Assembly: GCA_965178125.1 (NCBI GenBank)
Contig: OZ237741.1
Span: 744,001-808,000 of the forward strand
Source of the DNA: Bilabrum cf. latius
Taxonomy: Eukaryota
Length of the DNA: 64,000 bases
Reading direction: 5' to 3'
Program-made: the position numbers and the translations under genes
In this document: positions 35,833-48,626 of the stretch, piece after piece
Layout of the letters: each line of letters starts with the position of its first letter
How positions within the stretch are numbered: position 1 is the stretch's first letter
The notes under the pieces: generated by a model
What the model was told of the DNA's origin: nothing
Databases searched by the model: none
The model's input: only the letters and a program-made list of their open reading frames with translations

Positions 35833-38134
35833 TCACACGAGGCCACCCCTGCCACCCGCAGAGGCTGCAGCGGCGCTACCCGCACCGGCGCCTCCCTGCA
35901 ACTTCTCACCGCCCCGCACCGCGTGCGACAGGCCGGCCAGGGCACTCTTCTGCTTGGCCTTCAGCGATTCACTCAATCCATCCAGCCCGTGGCCACCCCC
36001 GGCAGTTGTGGTGGAAGGCCGCGTGGTGCGCGTGGACGGCACCTCACCCCTATCCCTCGCGTCCTTTCGCCTGCTCCTCCGCTTCACCTCCTGGCTCGAG
36101 TAGCCCTTGGGAGGCACCTCCAGCTCGTCCTCAGGGTACTCGCCCAGATGTACAGCCACCTCAGCTGCCACGTCAAGCGCCCACTTGATCCTAGTCGGGT
36201 GCGGCACCCTCTTGTCCGTCCAGCGGCTGAGCCCACACCGTGCCACTGCTTCGATCCACTCGTGGAACACCAGCTGGTCCATCCCTCCCGAATCCACCGG
36301 TGGACGATACCCGGCCGTGGCAGCCCCTCCCTCGGCACCGTCCGGCTCGTCCTGCTGCGAGCCAGCGAAGGCCTGCCTCGCCCCCGCCAGGCTCAGAGGC
36401 TCCTGCACGGTCTCTTGCGACCCACCGATGGTGCCACCCAGGTAGCCCCCTCCCGAGCCACCTCCGGGCCCGCCAAATCCGTCGGAGAGTCCCTTACGCA
36501 TGAGCCCCGCGTGTTCGAGGAACAGAAAGAACTCCTGCTCGCTCATGAGCACCGAATTCGGCACCTCCTCGGCCGCCTCTTCCGCCGAGATCCGCCCGTA
36601 TGCAAGCAGCTTCTCTTTCTCGGATTCTCGCGCGTAGAAATCGAACGCGTCCCGCAGCGCGTGCTACAGCTTGACCACGTGCCGTTGCACCGCTGGGTCC
36701 CTGAGCGCCTTGCGGACCGGCCCCGCCGCCAGCTGGTCAGCCTGGGGCACGAGGTGCTCCACTGCCAACCTCCGGAAGCACTTGCCCGCAGTGAGCCTGT
36801 TCCCGTCGTCGTCCAGCAGCCTGCCGTACTTGTACTTGGCGAGAATCAGCAGGCCCTCTAGGAACTCAAACCTGCTCATGGAATCCTCCCCGAAGTCCTC
36901 CGCTGCGTCCTCTCCCCTCATCTCGTTGGCCTGCCGGAATATCCTCTTGGCCACGGCTGCGTCCTTGATCACATCGATCGAGTCGGTCACCTGCAGCACG
37001 TGCTCCCACTCGTCATACTCCATGGCGCTGGTAGGTCCCCTGAGGCTGTTCCCGCAGAAGTGCTTGTACAGGTCGTTGACGTGCGTGAAGAACTCGAGCA
37101 CCGCCCGCTTGCACTCTGTCTGCTCGTCCTCTGTGGTTGTTACCGCCTCCAGCCTCACCCACGGCCAGTCGTGGTCCACAGCCTCGGCCTGGGCCCCGCT
37201 GTCGTCGGGTGCCACGGAGAGGAGCCTCTCCATCGCCTCTAGATCCTGCTTGAGAGCAGCTGCTCGGCGCGCCTCCTCCGCCTCTGCTCGCTCGGTGAGC
37301 TCGGCCTCGTACTCCTGTACCAGACGCTCGGCCCTCGCACGACCCGGCTCGCTGTAGTTGAACGCGAGGGCCTGCCAGACGGTTTGCACAGGTTCGTTGG
37401 AGGGTCCCCTGGCCGGTGCTCGCCTCAGGTCCACCCTGAGGGCCAAGGGTGCAGTGGGCTCGTCTGCGTCACCGCCGGCCCCAGCCACTGCGTCGTCGCC
37501 GTCCGCGCCAGAGGCAACCCATTCCTGGTCACCGGCTGCTTCCTCCTCCGTTATAAGAGCTGATCGGGCTTCCTTATCCGGGTCCGTAAGGTGTCCGGCT
37601 CGCTGCCGTCGCTCGGCGCGCTGCCTCGCTGCTTCAGCGCGCTTCTACCTCTCGTCCAGCTCGCGCTTCCTCTGCTCTCTCAAATCCGCTACCACATCCT
37701 TGACCTTCAGCGATGGTCCAACTACGTTACTCATCAAGTCCTGCGGGGCAATTTTCGGGCAGCGTTGTGAAGCTCGCACCTGATCCTGAAATCAATACCG
37801 CATGGCGGCGAGACATCAAGCTTCTGCTCACTGGAAGGGGTTTCCGAAGAACATTGATGGGCAAAAGAGTACCACTATCTCCAGCACTCATCTCTCGCTG
37901 CCTAATTCTGCCTCTTGATCGCTTTGATGCGCGGTATCTCTGCGCCGCCACCGTGGCGAGCCATCGGACATCCTGCTCTCCATCACCGCACGGGATTAAG
38001 AAGGACTGATCGTGCACCCGGACAAGAACTTTTATGCTTTCTTTCTGGCCCATTTCGATGTCATACCCGTCGTCCTTGCCATCATCCATGCTGGGAGAAG
38101 CCTCACGGAAATTTTGGTACGCAACGGCAACCAT
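35833..38134 (-). CDS. Hypothetical protein with N-terminal ubiquitin/PB1-like segment and degenerate EF-hand-like helices, about 736 aa; exons 37832-38134, 35833-37740
   Basis: KVLVRVHDQSFLIPCGDGEQDVRWLA; MSRFEFLEGLL and LVFHEWIEAVARC. 91-nt intron; 2 TAG; ends TGA. Start ATG could be 38089. Confidence 0.7.
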
Positions 38135-38403
38135 GTCCACGCCGCGCACTCAATACAGCGAAGTTCCGCAGAGCAAGAATGCAGCAGCAACGAATCTGAC
38201 TTATTTATTGTAAACAATTTCTACAAACCGGAGCAAGCTCCATACCACGGTGAGCGAGAGCAGCGCCCCATACAAAAGGAGCAAGCGCACAGGCCCTAGC
38301 CCATCACAGCAGCCCGCGGCACCGACCCGACGACTCCTACACCCGTCCGGTCGCCGCAGGCAGTGGCCCTACAACGTCCGACAGCACTACCACAAGCCCT
38401 CCA

Positions 38404-41400
38404 TCACTCCTCCTTGCTCTCCTCGCCGGCACCGCCCGCAGCAGCACCCTCCTGCTCCTCAGCGGCTGCTGCGGCGGGAGCAGCCTCCCCGCTGCGCACC
38501 CACGCAGACACCTCCATCAGGTCGACGATGAGACGGCGGGAGTGCTTCTGGCTGCAGCGGGGGAGGTCCTCAGGTTTGGCATGGGGACTGAAGGTCTTCT
38601 TCAGGTTGTGTGTGAGCACGTAGAGCGTGCTCATCTGCTCGCCGTTCATGCAGAACCCGCCCATCCAGCTGTTCCGGGGTGTGTGCACGGGGCACCAGTC
38701 GTTGGAGCTCGAGATGACGAGTGCGCCGCCCACCTGCACGAGCTGGGGCAGCGCCTTGACGAGGTTCAGGGGCTGCCTGAGCCTGCACAGCAGAGAGTCC
38801 ACCACGACGGCATCGAAGGGAGCCTCGGCCAGCACGTCAGCCGGCAGCTCCTCTGCATCCCCGACCACGTACACGGCCCTGGACCGGTCCACGCCATCGG
38901 GCGCTCTCACGAGGGTGGTCTCCGTGAGCACCCCCTCCGTGATGCGCTCGTACTCGCGCTCCCCGTGGTGCTGCATGAGCCTGGCCCCAACCACAACCTG
39001 CTCGTCGCTGTCCACACCAAACACACGGCCGAAAGTCCTGCACAGCTCCAGGGCTGCACCGCCGCCGCCGCTGCCCAGCAGCAGCACCTTGGCCTCGGAG
39101 GCGCGCTTGGTGGCGGCGAGGGGGGACTCGGTGAACTTGCGGGTCACCAGCTCGGCCAGCTTCTGGTTGTAGCAGGCGGCGTCGTCGAGTGAAAGCGGAG
39201 TGCCCGACCCGCTCGTGCAGGGGAGCCTGAGCTCCTTGGGGGCGTAGGAATCGGTGAAGGCTCGGCTCAGCCTGTCGTTGCCCTCCCACAGGTTAGCCAC
39301 CGTTGCGGCACCGGGGTACGCCTCCTTGGGAGCCTCCTCGGGGAGAGCCACGTACCTGAACCCGAGCTGCTGGAAGAAGTGCCTGCGGAAGGCGTACCGG
39401 GCGAAGTTGCTGCTCTGGTCGCCTGTGCTTACCCAGGACCCGCCCAGGATCATGGTGTGCCAGCCATCGAAGCACGGGGTGGAGAAATCGTCGTACAGGA
39501 AGTGGTGCTGGAACCCGGGCAGGCCGGCGAAATGGTCCTCCACCCACTCCCACACGTTCCCGTGAGTGTCGTGGAACCCAGCGGTGGATGGGCTCGAGTG
39601 GTCGACGGGAGAGGGCGACCCGTACTTGAAGTTGGTGTTGTGCTCGCATGACGGCTGCATCACGACGTCGTACTTGGCGGCGTGCTCGACCTCCCCGCCC
39701 ATTTCCTTGGCGAGTGCCTCCGCTGCGGGCTGCAGCCGGCCCGCCACCTGGCCCTCGTACTTCTTGCCAGTGGTGGCAGAGGGGAAGGGCGACGGGTCGT
39801 CTCGCATGAGGTGGTACTCGGCCTCGGTGGGCACCCTGTACGTGACCTTGCCCCCGTCCTGGGCCTGCTTCCAGTTGAGGAAGGCCCTGGCCTCCAGGTA
39901 GTTGACCTCCGCGGGCCAGTTCCACGGCATGTCCACGATGGAGAACTCGATCCGGAGCCGGAACTGGTCCCCCTTGCCGCTGGCCTCCGTGCAGTCGTCC
40001 TTCTGGTAGGGGTAGTCAGGCCTTCCCCCCTTGAACTGGGGCATGTCCTGGGTCGCCACCCAGAAAGAGGGGTGCTTGGCGTTGCGGAAGGCCACCCAGC
40101 GCCACCCCTCGTCGTCCCCTGAGGGGCTGACCCACCACTTCTTCTCCTCGTAGCCCCCGGCGAGCACGAACGGGAGGAACTCCGCGTTGGACACGAGGAA
40201 CTTGCTCGCTTTGAAGGCAGGCACCTCCACCTCCCTCAGCCCGTACTCGTTGTCGAAGCCAAACTCGGGAAAATCGTCGGGTTTGCCCAGCACGGCCACG
40301 CCCTTGCCCACGTCAAGGATCTCGTTAGCGGGGGCGTCGGCGGGCGAAGCCGCCCTCTCTTGGCAGTCGGGCCAGTTCTTGGGCGGCACCACCGCGTCGA
40401 CGGGCAGCTGCCGGATGAGCACGCTCGACGTCTCGATGTGGATGCGCTCGTGCTCGAAGCCCATGACCAGGGACCAGTACGGAGATTCCTGCGTGATTGG
40501 GGTTTCGCGTGGGTCGGGCATCGTCCTGATGACCTCCTCCACGACTGCCTTGCACTGGAGGCGAAACTCCTGCGTCTCGGCGATGGACGGCCAGGCGTAG
40601 TCCTCGTCTTGCATGTCGTCCATGTCGTCTGCGGGACGAATACATACGATACATGTAGTGATTCAAGCGATTAGCACGCTTCGAAGGGCAATTACGGGCT
40701 CTAGCGAGGCTGGAGAGCCCAGGAACAACTTCGAGGCCGTTTCGTGGGTCCCAGTCACTCGGCAATCAACGGTTTGTACGCCAGGATAAAGCCCAAAATT
40801 CAGTACAGCTTCAGTAAGTTAAAACTTAGATGGAATTGACACCTAGAGACATAGTTGCATTCGAGATATTAAGCATCCAAGGACGAAAAGGGCAGGAAGG
40901 GACGTCATCCACCCAAGACGCCCCTTGCATCAACAAATATATCTCACCCCAGCTCATTTCATCCACTCCGGTCTCGAATACCTTCTCGTAGTCAATGTTG
41001 ATGTGGTCTGTGGTGCCTCAAAAAGCAAACAACAAGGGACAAATCGTAGCTCAGGGGCAGCGATTTCTTCGGGTAGGCCGCGTGGCGACTACTGTGTCGT
41101 GCAGCACGTGATCAAAAAGGCCCTTGCAAGATCACGCTGCATCAAACCGATACAACACTAGCGGTCTACTAGTAAGGGGCAGTAAACTTGCAATTCACGT
41201 CAAAGAGCGAGCTGAAAAGGCGTTGGACAAGAGACAATCCCCGCGCGCAAGTGCAACTCACCTACAAGGCCCGCGACGTGCATCTTGTTGATGTAAAGCG
41301 CCGCCGGGTGGGCAAAATAAAATATAAGTGGTCGCCTCAGCTTGTCAGGGATCATGTAGAACACGCTGTCGTCGCGCAAAGCGCTGAAAAGCGTGTCATT

Positions 41401-41700
41401 GAGAGCCCAGGTATTCCTGAAATACTCGAGGATCTCCTCCCTCGAAGCCCGCGAGAGGTGGACGTACGAAGCAGGCAAGGACCTAACAACGGGATCTTCA
41501 ACACTAAATGTCTTAGTGCGCAAGGCTCGGCGCTCGGCGCCGAGCCCCTTCTTCTTCCGTGCGCCTGTGCTGTACGACCTGCCTTGAGACGTACCATCCT
41601 CAACGCGCACCGCCAGGTGCTTTTTCGGGGCATCGGCTGCCACTGATGGTTCACTACTGCCAGATCCAGATGAAGCTTGCGCTGCGGCTACAGACGCCAT
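38404..41700 (-). CDS. ovoA: Ovothiol biosynthesis 5-histidylcysteine sulfoxide synthase with C-terminal methyltransferase, 907 aa; exons 41262-41700, 40948-41007, 38404-40628
   Basis: LRRPLIFYFAH, FETGVDEMSWDD (rebuilt across introns), iron motif FEHERIHIETSSVLIRQ, FGE-sulfatase domain (GNVWEW, YAFRRHFFQ), class I SAM-MTase-like tail. No TAG; ends TGA. Confidence 0.92.
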
Positions 41701-41987
41701 GGTAGTTTATGCTCCTGAGCGGTACAGGTGGGCACGTCGCCTGCCAATCGGGGTGCGTCAGCGCGTCTGGTTTTGCGCCGGAAGTGAATAAGCACGCTAC
41801 AAACGAGAAACTGCAACTGAACTGAGAGTCACGTTGTATGGCTCTTATCTTTGGATATTTTGCCGAAGTGATAAAAAAATAAGACCATTGCTTATTGGAG
41901 GGCTTGGAATTTCGATTAATTCCGGAAAAGTTACGAATAGAAGCAACACACCCTACGCATCCGTTGGAAGGCACTTCCTGACTATAG

Positions 41988-42728
41988 ATGCCATCACTCC
42001 GCGAGATTGTAAAAGCTCGAACAGGTCATTATGATTTGGAGAGTGTTAGTGCAGCGGATCTATCCGCGTCCGGGCTGATAAAACTAGATGGGATCGAGCA
42101 GCTGTCGGGGTGCCGGGCGCTCGATTTGCGTGGGAATAGCCTCGAGAATATCAGCTAGCTCTCAAAACTAACATCACTGACAGCGTTAGACTTGTCCTCG
42201 AATGAGGTCCAGAACATCGAGCCTCTGCGCCAGTTGAAGTCACTGCGCGAGCTGCGGCTGCACGGCAACCGAATTAAGGCCTTGAGGCCAACGCTCGACG
42301 TGCTGCAGAGCATGCCAGCCCTGGAGCGGGTGCAGCTGCGCTCCCTGGAGACGCACGAAGGAAACCCGTGCTGCGACTTGCCCGCGTATCGCACCCAGCT
42401 GCTGGCTGCTCTCCCGAGCGCCAGGGTGCTGGACGGCGAGGTGCTGCTGCTGACCGGCGCCGCGGAGGCCCTGGCTCTGCCTCCCGAGCCAGACCTCAGG
42501 GGCATCACTGAGGTCCCGGGCCCATCCCTTGCAGAGATGCTAGACAACGAGGAAGCAAGGTCGGCAGCTGGGAAGGCTGGTGGTCTAGGTGGTGGGGCAG
42601 GCGAGCCAGCCGGCGATCCAGATGAGCTCAAGGAGACGGAGCGAGTACTAGATGCCTGCAGCTTGCTTGATAGAGAGGCGGAGAAACTGCTAGAGGATGC
42701 TGCGGAATCGCTGGGGGTTGAGAGATGA
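41988..42728 (+). CDS. Leucine-rich repeat protein (LRRC61-like), 246 aa
   Basis: RTGHYDLESV N-terminus, LDLRGN/LDLSSN/LRLHGN repeats, LRR cap NPCC..YR..L..LDG; 1 TAG; ends TGA. Confidence 0.82.
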
Positions 42729-42829
42729 CGCTATTTCGCTGTGGAAGTGAAACTAGGATTCGCGGCGGGCTCGATTGCGAACGGTGCTGGAGGAAAACAA
42801 GCATTCGGCTCGCGCCACACACAGCCCGT

Positions 42830-44848
42830 TCAGACGACCTTCTCGACCTCCATGAGCCGCAAGGCCTCGCTCTTCCTGATCCCCACTTCGGCCAGGGTGC
42901 GCTGCACCCTCGAGAGGTCGGACCCCCCCTCGGGGGACATGCCTTCCTGCAGCCGGGCCACCGCGGGCCCTTCCCCACTACCACTCCTAGCTGCGCCATC
43001 GGTTAATTCATCGGCGCTCTGCTCCCCGTCGATCGACACATCAAAGTCTCTCCAGCTGCACAGGACCTGGCCTCCGGCGATCTTCCTGAGCTCGGCCCCC
43101 CGCATACCCCCGAGACCCCCCGCAATCTCGGGGTCCGGGTCATCGAAGAGCTGCTTCCTGACGGGTGGCATGCCCTTGTTCCCCACCTCTACTTCCAGCC
43201 AGTCCATCACCAGCTGCACCCGGTCCGACCTCCAGAACCGCCTCTTCCTGGGCTTGCCTGCCAGTCCGTGCGCCCTCACCTTGAGAAGCACCACCTCGTC
43301 CTGCCCCTCCTTATTTTGCCCCTCTCCTTCGCTTTCCCCGGCATTGGAACCATCATCCCCTCCTTCCTTGCCCGCAGCGCCGCCTGCAGCAGCACCCCCC
43401 TCGTCCTCGTCCTCGCCCTTCCTCTCGCCACCAACCGAGGGCATCGGCCTCGTCGCGCCCATTTCAGGCTCCGGGTGCATCGCCAGGCGCGCCCTCGCCG
43501 CCTGCAGCCTCTGCCTCCTCCTCTGCACCCTCAGCTTGCGCGCCTCTGTCCTCGACCTGTCTGCGGCGAGACTGGCCTGGTACCTCGCGTCACGGTCCCG
43601 GATCAGCGCCTCGCGCGCCTCCGCCGTCTCCATGCCGGCCAAGGCACCTGATGAGGAGGCGCTGGAACTGCTCGCGGCTGTCTCCGACCCTCCAGCACCT
43701 GCAAGAGGCTTTCCGGCCCCTGCGTCTTCCATCACCTCATCCTCCTCCTCTTCCTCTTGTTCCACCTATTCGCTATCAGCCTTCGCATGCCCTCGCTACG
43801 CCCTTCCTGCTCCCGCCGCGCCGCTGCCGGCAGCTGCGGTGCCCTTCGATCCACCGTTGGATGCCCCCTCCGCCCCGTCCTCTCCGTAGTAGTCGGGCCG
43901 CACGGAACCGATGTCCATGGAGCCGCTCGTTGTGGTGGGCACAAGAGACGCGACTGCGGGGGAGATCGTGCGGCGCGGCGCCGATCCAGATGCGGAGCCA
44001 TCTCGGTTGTCTTCCCCGTCGCCGGTGCCATCATCGTCAGAAACCTGTTCCCCTCGCGCGATCGCGATCGTTCTCTTCATCCGCTGCTGCGCCAGCGACT
44101 GGCTCCCCCGCTCGCTGGCCTTCCTCCGCTTCGCCTCTTCTTTCTCCCTCTCTTTGGTCTCCTTTAATGCGCGCGGGTCTCTTGAGGCTAGTTTGCTTGA
44201 CTTTGTTGCCGGTTGGTCGGTGCTTTTTGTCAAATCCTTTGCAGTTGCAGTTGAGCGACGCGACGATTCACTGGCGGACGAGGCACCTCCAGAGGCATCG
44301 CGCTTCTCTCCAGCACGCTTGCTAGAGCCTTTAAAGTCGTCAACTCTCGTGGATTTACTGCCGTCCACATTGGCTTTCTCTGCCTTGTGCTGAGCGGCTT
44401 CCAATCTGCGCTCAGCTGCTTCGGCACGCTGCTGCTCGAGCTGCTTCTCGTACCGTTCGGCAATACGGGCCCTGCGCTCTGTGGCGCTCGTATCTTTTGG
44501 TATAGATTGATCTGTACCCCGGGTTGCATCCCCTGGCGCATTCTAAGCCTTTCGGGCTGCCCCGCAGCGACCAAGAACTCTACGGAAACCACGAAGGAGA
44601 GGTGGCCCGACAAAGAATAGAAACAAGGCTATCGCAATAGAAGGCCCAATCAAATCAAGTACGCTGATACTTGACGGGGTAGCCTGTGCGTTGGAAGGGT
44701 TCTCGTTGGCATCCCCAGCGGTTTGGTCCGCCACGTGTGTGGCAGCGGCTTCAGGATCAGATTCTGGCTCTGAGTGCACTTGTTCTTGAACTTGGGCCCC
44801 TCCAGACAAAGCATCAACTTCGCTTGATACTACTGATGAATCTTGCAT
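42830..44848 (-). CDS. Membrane-anchored UBX-domain protein (p97/Cdc48 adaptor-like), at least 672 aa; a short upstream exon is possible
   Basis: N-terminal TM helix (IGPSIAIALFLFFVG), coiled coil (RDRDARYQASLAAD), UBX-like VLLKVR..RRFWRSDRVQLVMDWL..TLAEVGI. Fragments joined by 3 TAG; ends TGA. Confidence 0.7.
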
Positions 44849-45110
44849 GCGCCACTACTGGTCGCCAGGCACCTGCAGCGGGGAATTCCTGAACGCCCAC
44901 GTCGAAGCAAAATCGCAGCGAACCCGTAAAACGAACTTTCTCTATTTGCTTTGTTTTTCGAATCGTGCGAGAACCTGCTCGTTTGGCCACAGCATCGTCC
45001 AATGGGATCACATATCCCAATAAATCGACGAATTTGAATTTGAATAATAGAGGCAAATTATTTCTTAAAGGAAGAGGAGGAGGTGGTTCGCAGTCCGAAC
45101 GAGACGGGCC

Positions 45111-48100
45111 ATGCCGTCCCGGATAGTGCTTCATGTTGCGGAGAAGAACAGTGTTGCCAAGGGTGTTGCTGCGATACTGGCAAAGCCGCGACAACCTCGC
45201 ACTGTAAGTCACCAATAGGGCTATCTCGGTGTGCTTGTGTGCCGAGGCATTGCACGGCCAGCCAGACTTCACGCGCATCCTTTTCGCCGTATCGCAGATG
45301 AATTCACCAGAGAAATACGTAAAGAATTACTCGTTTCGTGCAATGCTTGCTGGTCGGGAGAGAGACCACATTGTCACAGCCGTCAAAGGCCACGTCATGG
45401 ACCAGGAGTTTGGAGACGAGTACAGGCAGTGGACGATGCAGACTCTCCTAGAAATGTTTGATGCCGATGTGAGGTCTTTCGTCAGTAAAGACAACAAAAA
45501 TGTCGTGAAAAACTTGCAGGCATTGGCGAAGCGAGCGGACAAGCTCGTGCTGTGGCTAGATTGCGACCGCGAAGGAGAAGCCATCGCCTTCGAGGTGATC
45601 CAGGTGTGCAGCAAGGCGCAGCCCTCCTTGCAGGTGAAGCGAGCGAGGTTCTCCGCCGTTACCGACTCGGAGATCAACCATGCCATGCAGCATCTGGTCA
45701 CCCCGGACAAGCGCCAGTATGACGCTGTGCGAGCCAGGCAGGCGCTCGATTTCAAGCTGGGCGTCATCTTCACCCGCTTCCAGACGCTCCTTGTCCGAAG
45801 ATACTTCGGGCATATTGGGTCAGAGGGGGATAAGTCTCCCATCTCATACGGGCCGTGCCAGTTCCCCACATTGGGCTTCGTTGTGGAGCGATTCCAGGCG
45901 GCACGTGCCTTCATCCCGCAGGACTTCTGGGCTTTGGAGCTGGTTCTCAAAGCGGGGGGCGCTGCACGCGGTGGGGCAGGCGGCCGCGGGAGTGGAGGGG
46001 CGACGGGAGCCGTGGCCGAAGGGGGCGCGGGTCGTCGATCCACCGGTGGAGTGAAGCTGCTGTGGGACCGGCAGCGCCTGTTCGACCGCCTCACGGTGGT
46101 TGTGCTCGGAGACATGGCCGAGGACGCAATTCGGGAGGGGAGGGCAGAGGTGGTGCAGAGAGACGTGCGGGCGCGCAGGAGGTGGAAGCCCAAGCCGCTG
46201 TCCACCGTGGAGATGCAGAAGCTCGCATCCAAGTGCCTTCGTATCTCAGCCAAGGCCAGCCTCGAGGCGGCCGAGAAGCTGTACAACAGGGGCATTCTCT
46301 CCTATCCCAGGACAGAGACAGAGAAGTTCGACCCCTCCATCGATCTGATGGGGCTGGTGTCTTCCCATTCGGACCACCACGCGTGGGGCGAGTTCGCGGC
46401 TGGGCTGCAGGCCGGTGGGTTCAGGCCCCCGCGGCAAGGGGAGCGGGACGACAATGCGCATCCGCCCATCCACCCCAAGAAGAGCGTGCCGCTGCACTCG
46501 ATCACGGCTCCGAACGAGCGGGCGATCTACGAGCTCGTCACGAGGCACTTTCTGGCTTGCTGCGCCGACGACTGTCTGTTCGAGGAGACGAGGTACAGGG
46601 TGAAATGCGACGAGGAGCACTTTCACACGAAGGGAGTGGTGGTCCGCCAGAGGAACTACCTGGATGTTTACGACCGGTACGATCGTTGGCGTCCATTTGC
46701 GCTCCCCGATCTCGGCCAAATTGGCCAGACCCTGTCTGCGGATCAGGCAAAGATAGAGATGCGGGAGGGACACACGGTGCCGCCACCCTTGCTGACTGAG
46801 CACGAGCTGCTTCAGCTGATGGACAAGAACTGCATCGGGACCGATGCCACTATGGCGCAACACATTGACATGGTGTAGCGACGCAAGTACGTCACCAAGC
46901 AGGGCGACGGCAAGTTCGTGCCCACCACGCTTGGGTTCGCACTGGTGCAGGCCTACCACGACATGCAGGCACCACTGGGCAGGCCCACGCTGCGGCGCAA
47001 CATGGAGAGGGAGTGCGACCTGGTGGCACACGGGCAGCGCGAGTGGCGGTCTGTGGTGAAAGACTGCCTAGAGGCCATGCGGCACGTGTTCCTGACTGCG
47101 AGAACCGAGCAGTCGAGGATATTGCACGAGGTCAAGGACCGGCTCGGCTTGGAGGCCAAGGTTGCCCTGCCACCCAAGCTGCCAAGCAGGGAGGGTGATG
47201 GAATGGGGGTGGCTGGTGGGGCTGCCGATGTGGTGGAGGAGGACGAGGACGCCAATGATGGAGACGACGGTCCGGGTGGCGACGGCGATGGGGGTGGTGG
47301 TGGGCCAGGCGGACCTGGTGGGCCCGGTGGCGGCATGGGAGGAGACGCTGCTGGCGCAGCGGCTGGACCAGTTGGTGGCCATTACTTGCACGGGAGCCCA
47401 GTAGCACCTAGTGCTGCAAGCAAGAGCGGAAGCGGCAGCGGCGGCTTCGGGGGTGGGTCCGCTGACTCGTCCGCGCCTCAGTGGGGGGCGTCAAGGGGCG
47501 GCACCGACGAGGGTCAGGGCGATGGCCCTCGGTGCAAGTGCGGAGATGCTGCAGTGAAACGAACTTCCAGGTCAAAGCACGCCGGCAGGCAGTTCTGGTG
47601 CTGTGGCAAGGGCATGGACGAGGGCTGCGGATTCTTCGAGTGGGTTGATGATGGAGATGGTAAGGACGAGGGGTTCGGCGGGAGCAACTGGGGCAGCAGC
47701 AGTAGCGGCGGGTTCCAAGGTAATTATGGAGGTGCAGGCGGGAGTAGCAAGGCGTACGGTGGTGTTGCATCGGGTGGTTCCGGCGAGGACCGTGGCGGAT
47801 CGTGGTCAAGTGGGGCCCGATCCGGTGAGCGCGCCACGGGCCAAGGGCGAGGCAGCGGAGGTGCTGGCGGAGACGGAGCGGACTTGCAGTGCAAATGTGG
47901 GGATGCGGCTGTGTTGCGCACCTCGAGGTCAAAGCACGCCGGCAGGCAGTTCTGGTGCTGTGGCAAGGGCATGGACGAGGGCTGCGGATTCTTCGAGTGG
48001 GCAGATGAGGCTGGCACTGGCGGTCCTGGCGCTCAGCAGCATCAGAGCGCTGGTGGAGGGGCATCGTCAGGGTGGAAGGAAGGCTCTGGCAGCCGAAGCT

Positions 48101-48489
48101 GGGGCTCGGGAAGTCGCTGGGATGGCGACGGGAGTGATGAGGACGAGGAGGACAGAGCTGGATTTCGAGGCGGTGGCCGGCGCGGTGCCACAGCGATGGC
48201 TGGCGGGTCCTCGTGGAAATCTGGCCCCGGCGCGAGCAAGGGCAAGTCGGGCGCGTCTAGCGGTGGTGCTGGGGACAAGCCGGTGCGAAGGTGTGGCATA
48301 TGCAGGCAGGTGGGGCACGACAGAAGGCAGTGTCCACAGGCGCCCTAGGACAGCGCCTCCAGGAAGGCAACGAAGTCAGGCGGGGGCAAAGGCGGCAAGT
48401 CCAAAGCTAAGAAGACGAAAAAGAAGAAGACGGGGGGGACTACAGGTGGATTCCAGATTGGCACCCAATTCTTCGAGGACTTCGACTGA
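45111..48489 (+). CDS. TOP3A: DNA topoisomerase III alpha with two GRF zinc fingers and a CCHC knuckle, 1094 aa; exons 45111-45203, 45298-48489
   Basis: VAEKNSVAK, WLDCDREGE, SYGPCQFPTLGFVVER, catalytic SYPRTET, AHPPIHP, IGTDAT; 94-nt intron; 2 TAG; ends TGA. Confidence 0.95.
47569..48001 (+). repeat. Identical 76-bp direct repeat (47569-47644 and 47926-48001) encoding the GRF zinc-finger cores
   Basis: Base-by-base comparison shows no mismatch. Confidence 0.95.
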
Positions 48490-48626
48490 CCACTCGCTGC
48501 CGGATGTGCTTGTAGTGAATGAACTGCGCCAGACCTGAATTGCACAAGAAGTATCCCAGTCCATGCCTATCTCGGATTCTGCTCAAATCCATAGAAACTA
48601 TCCGGATCAGATTCGGATAGATTTGG

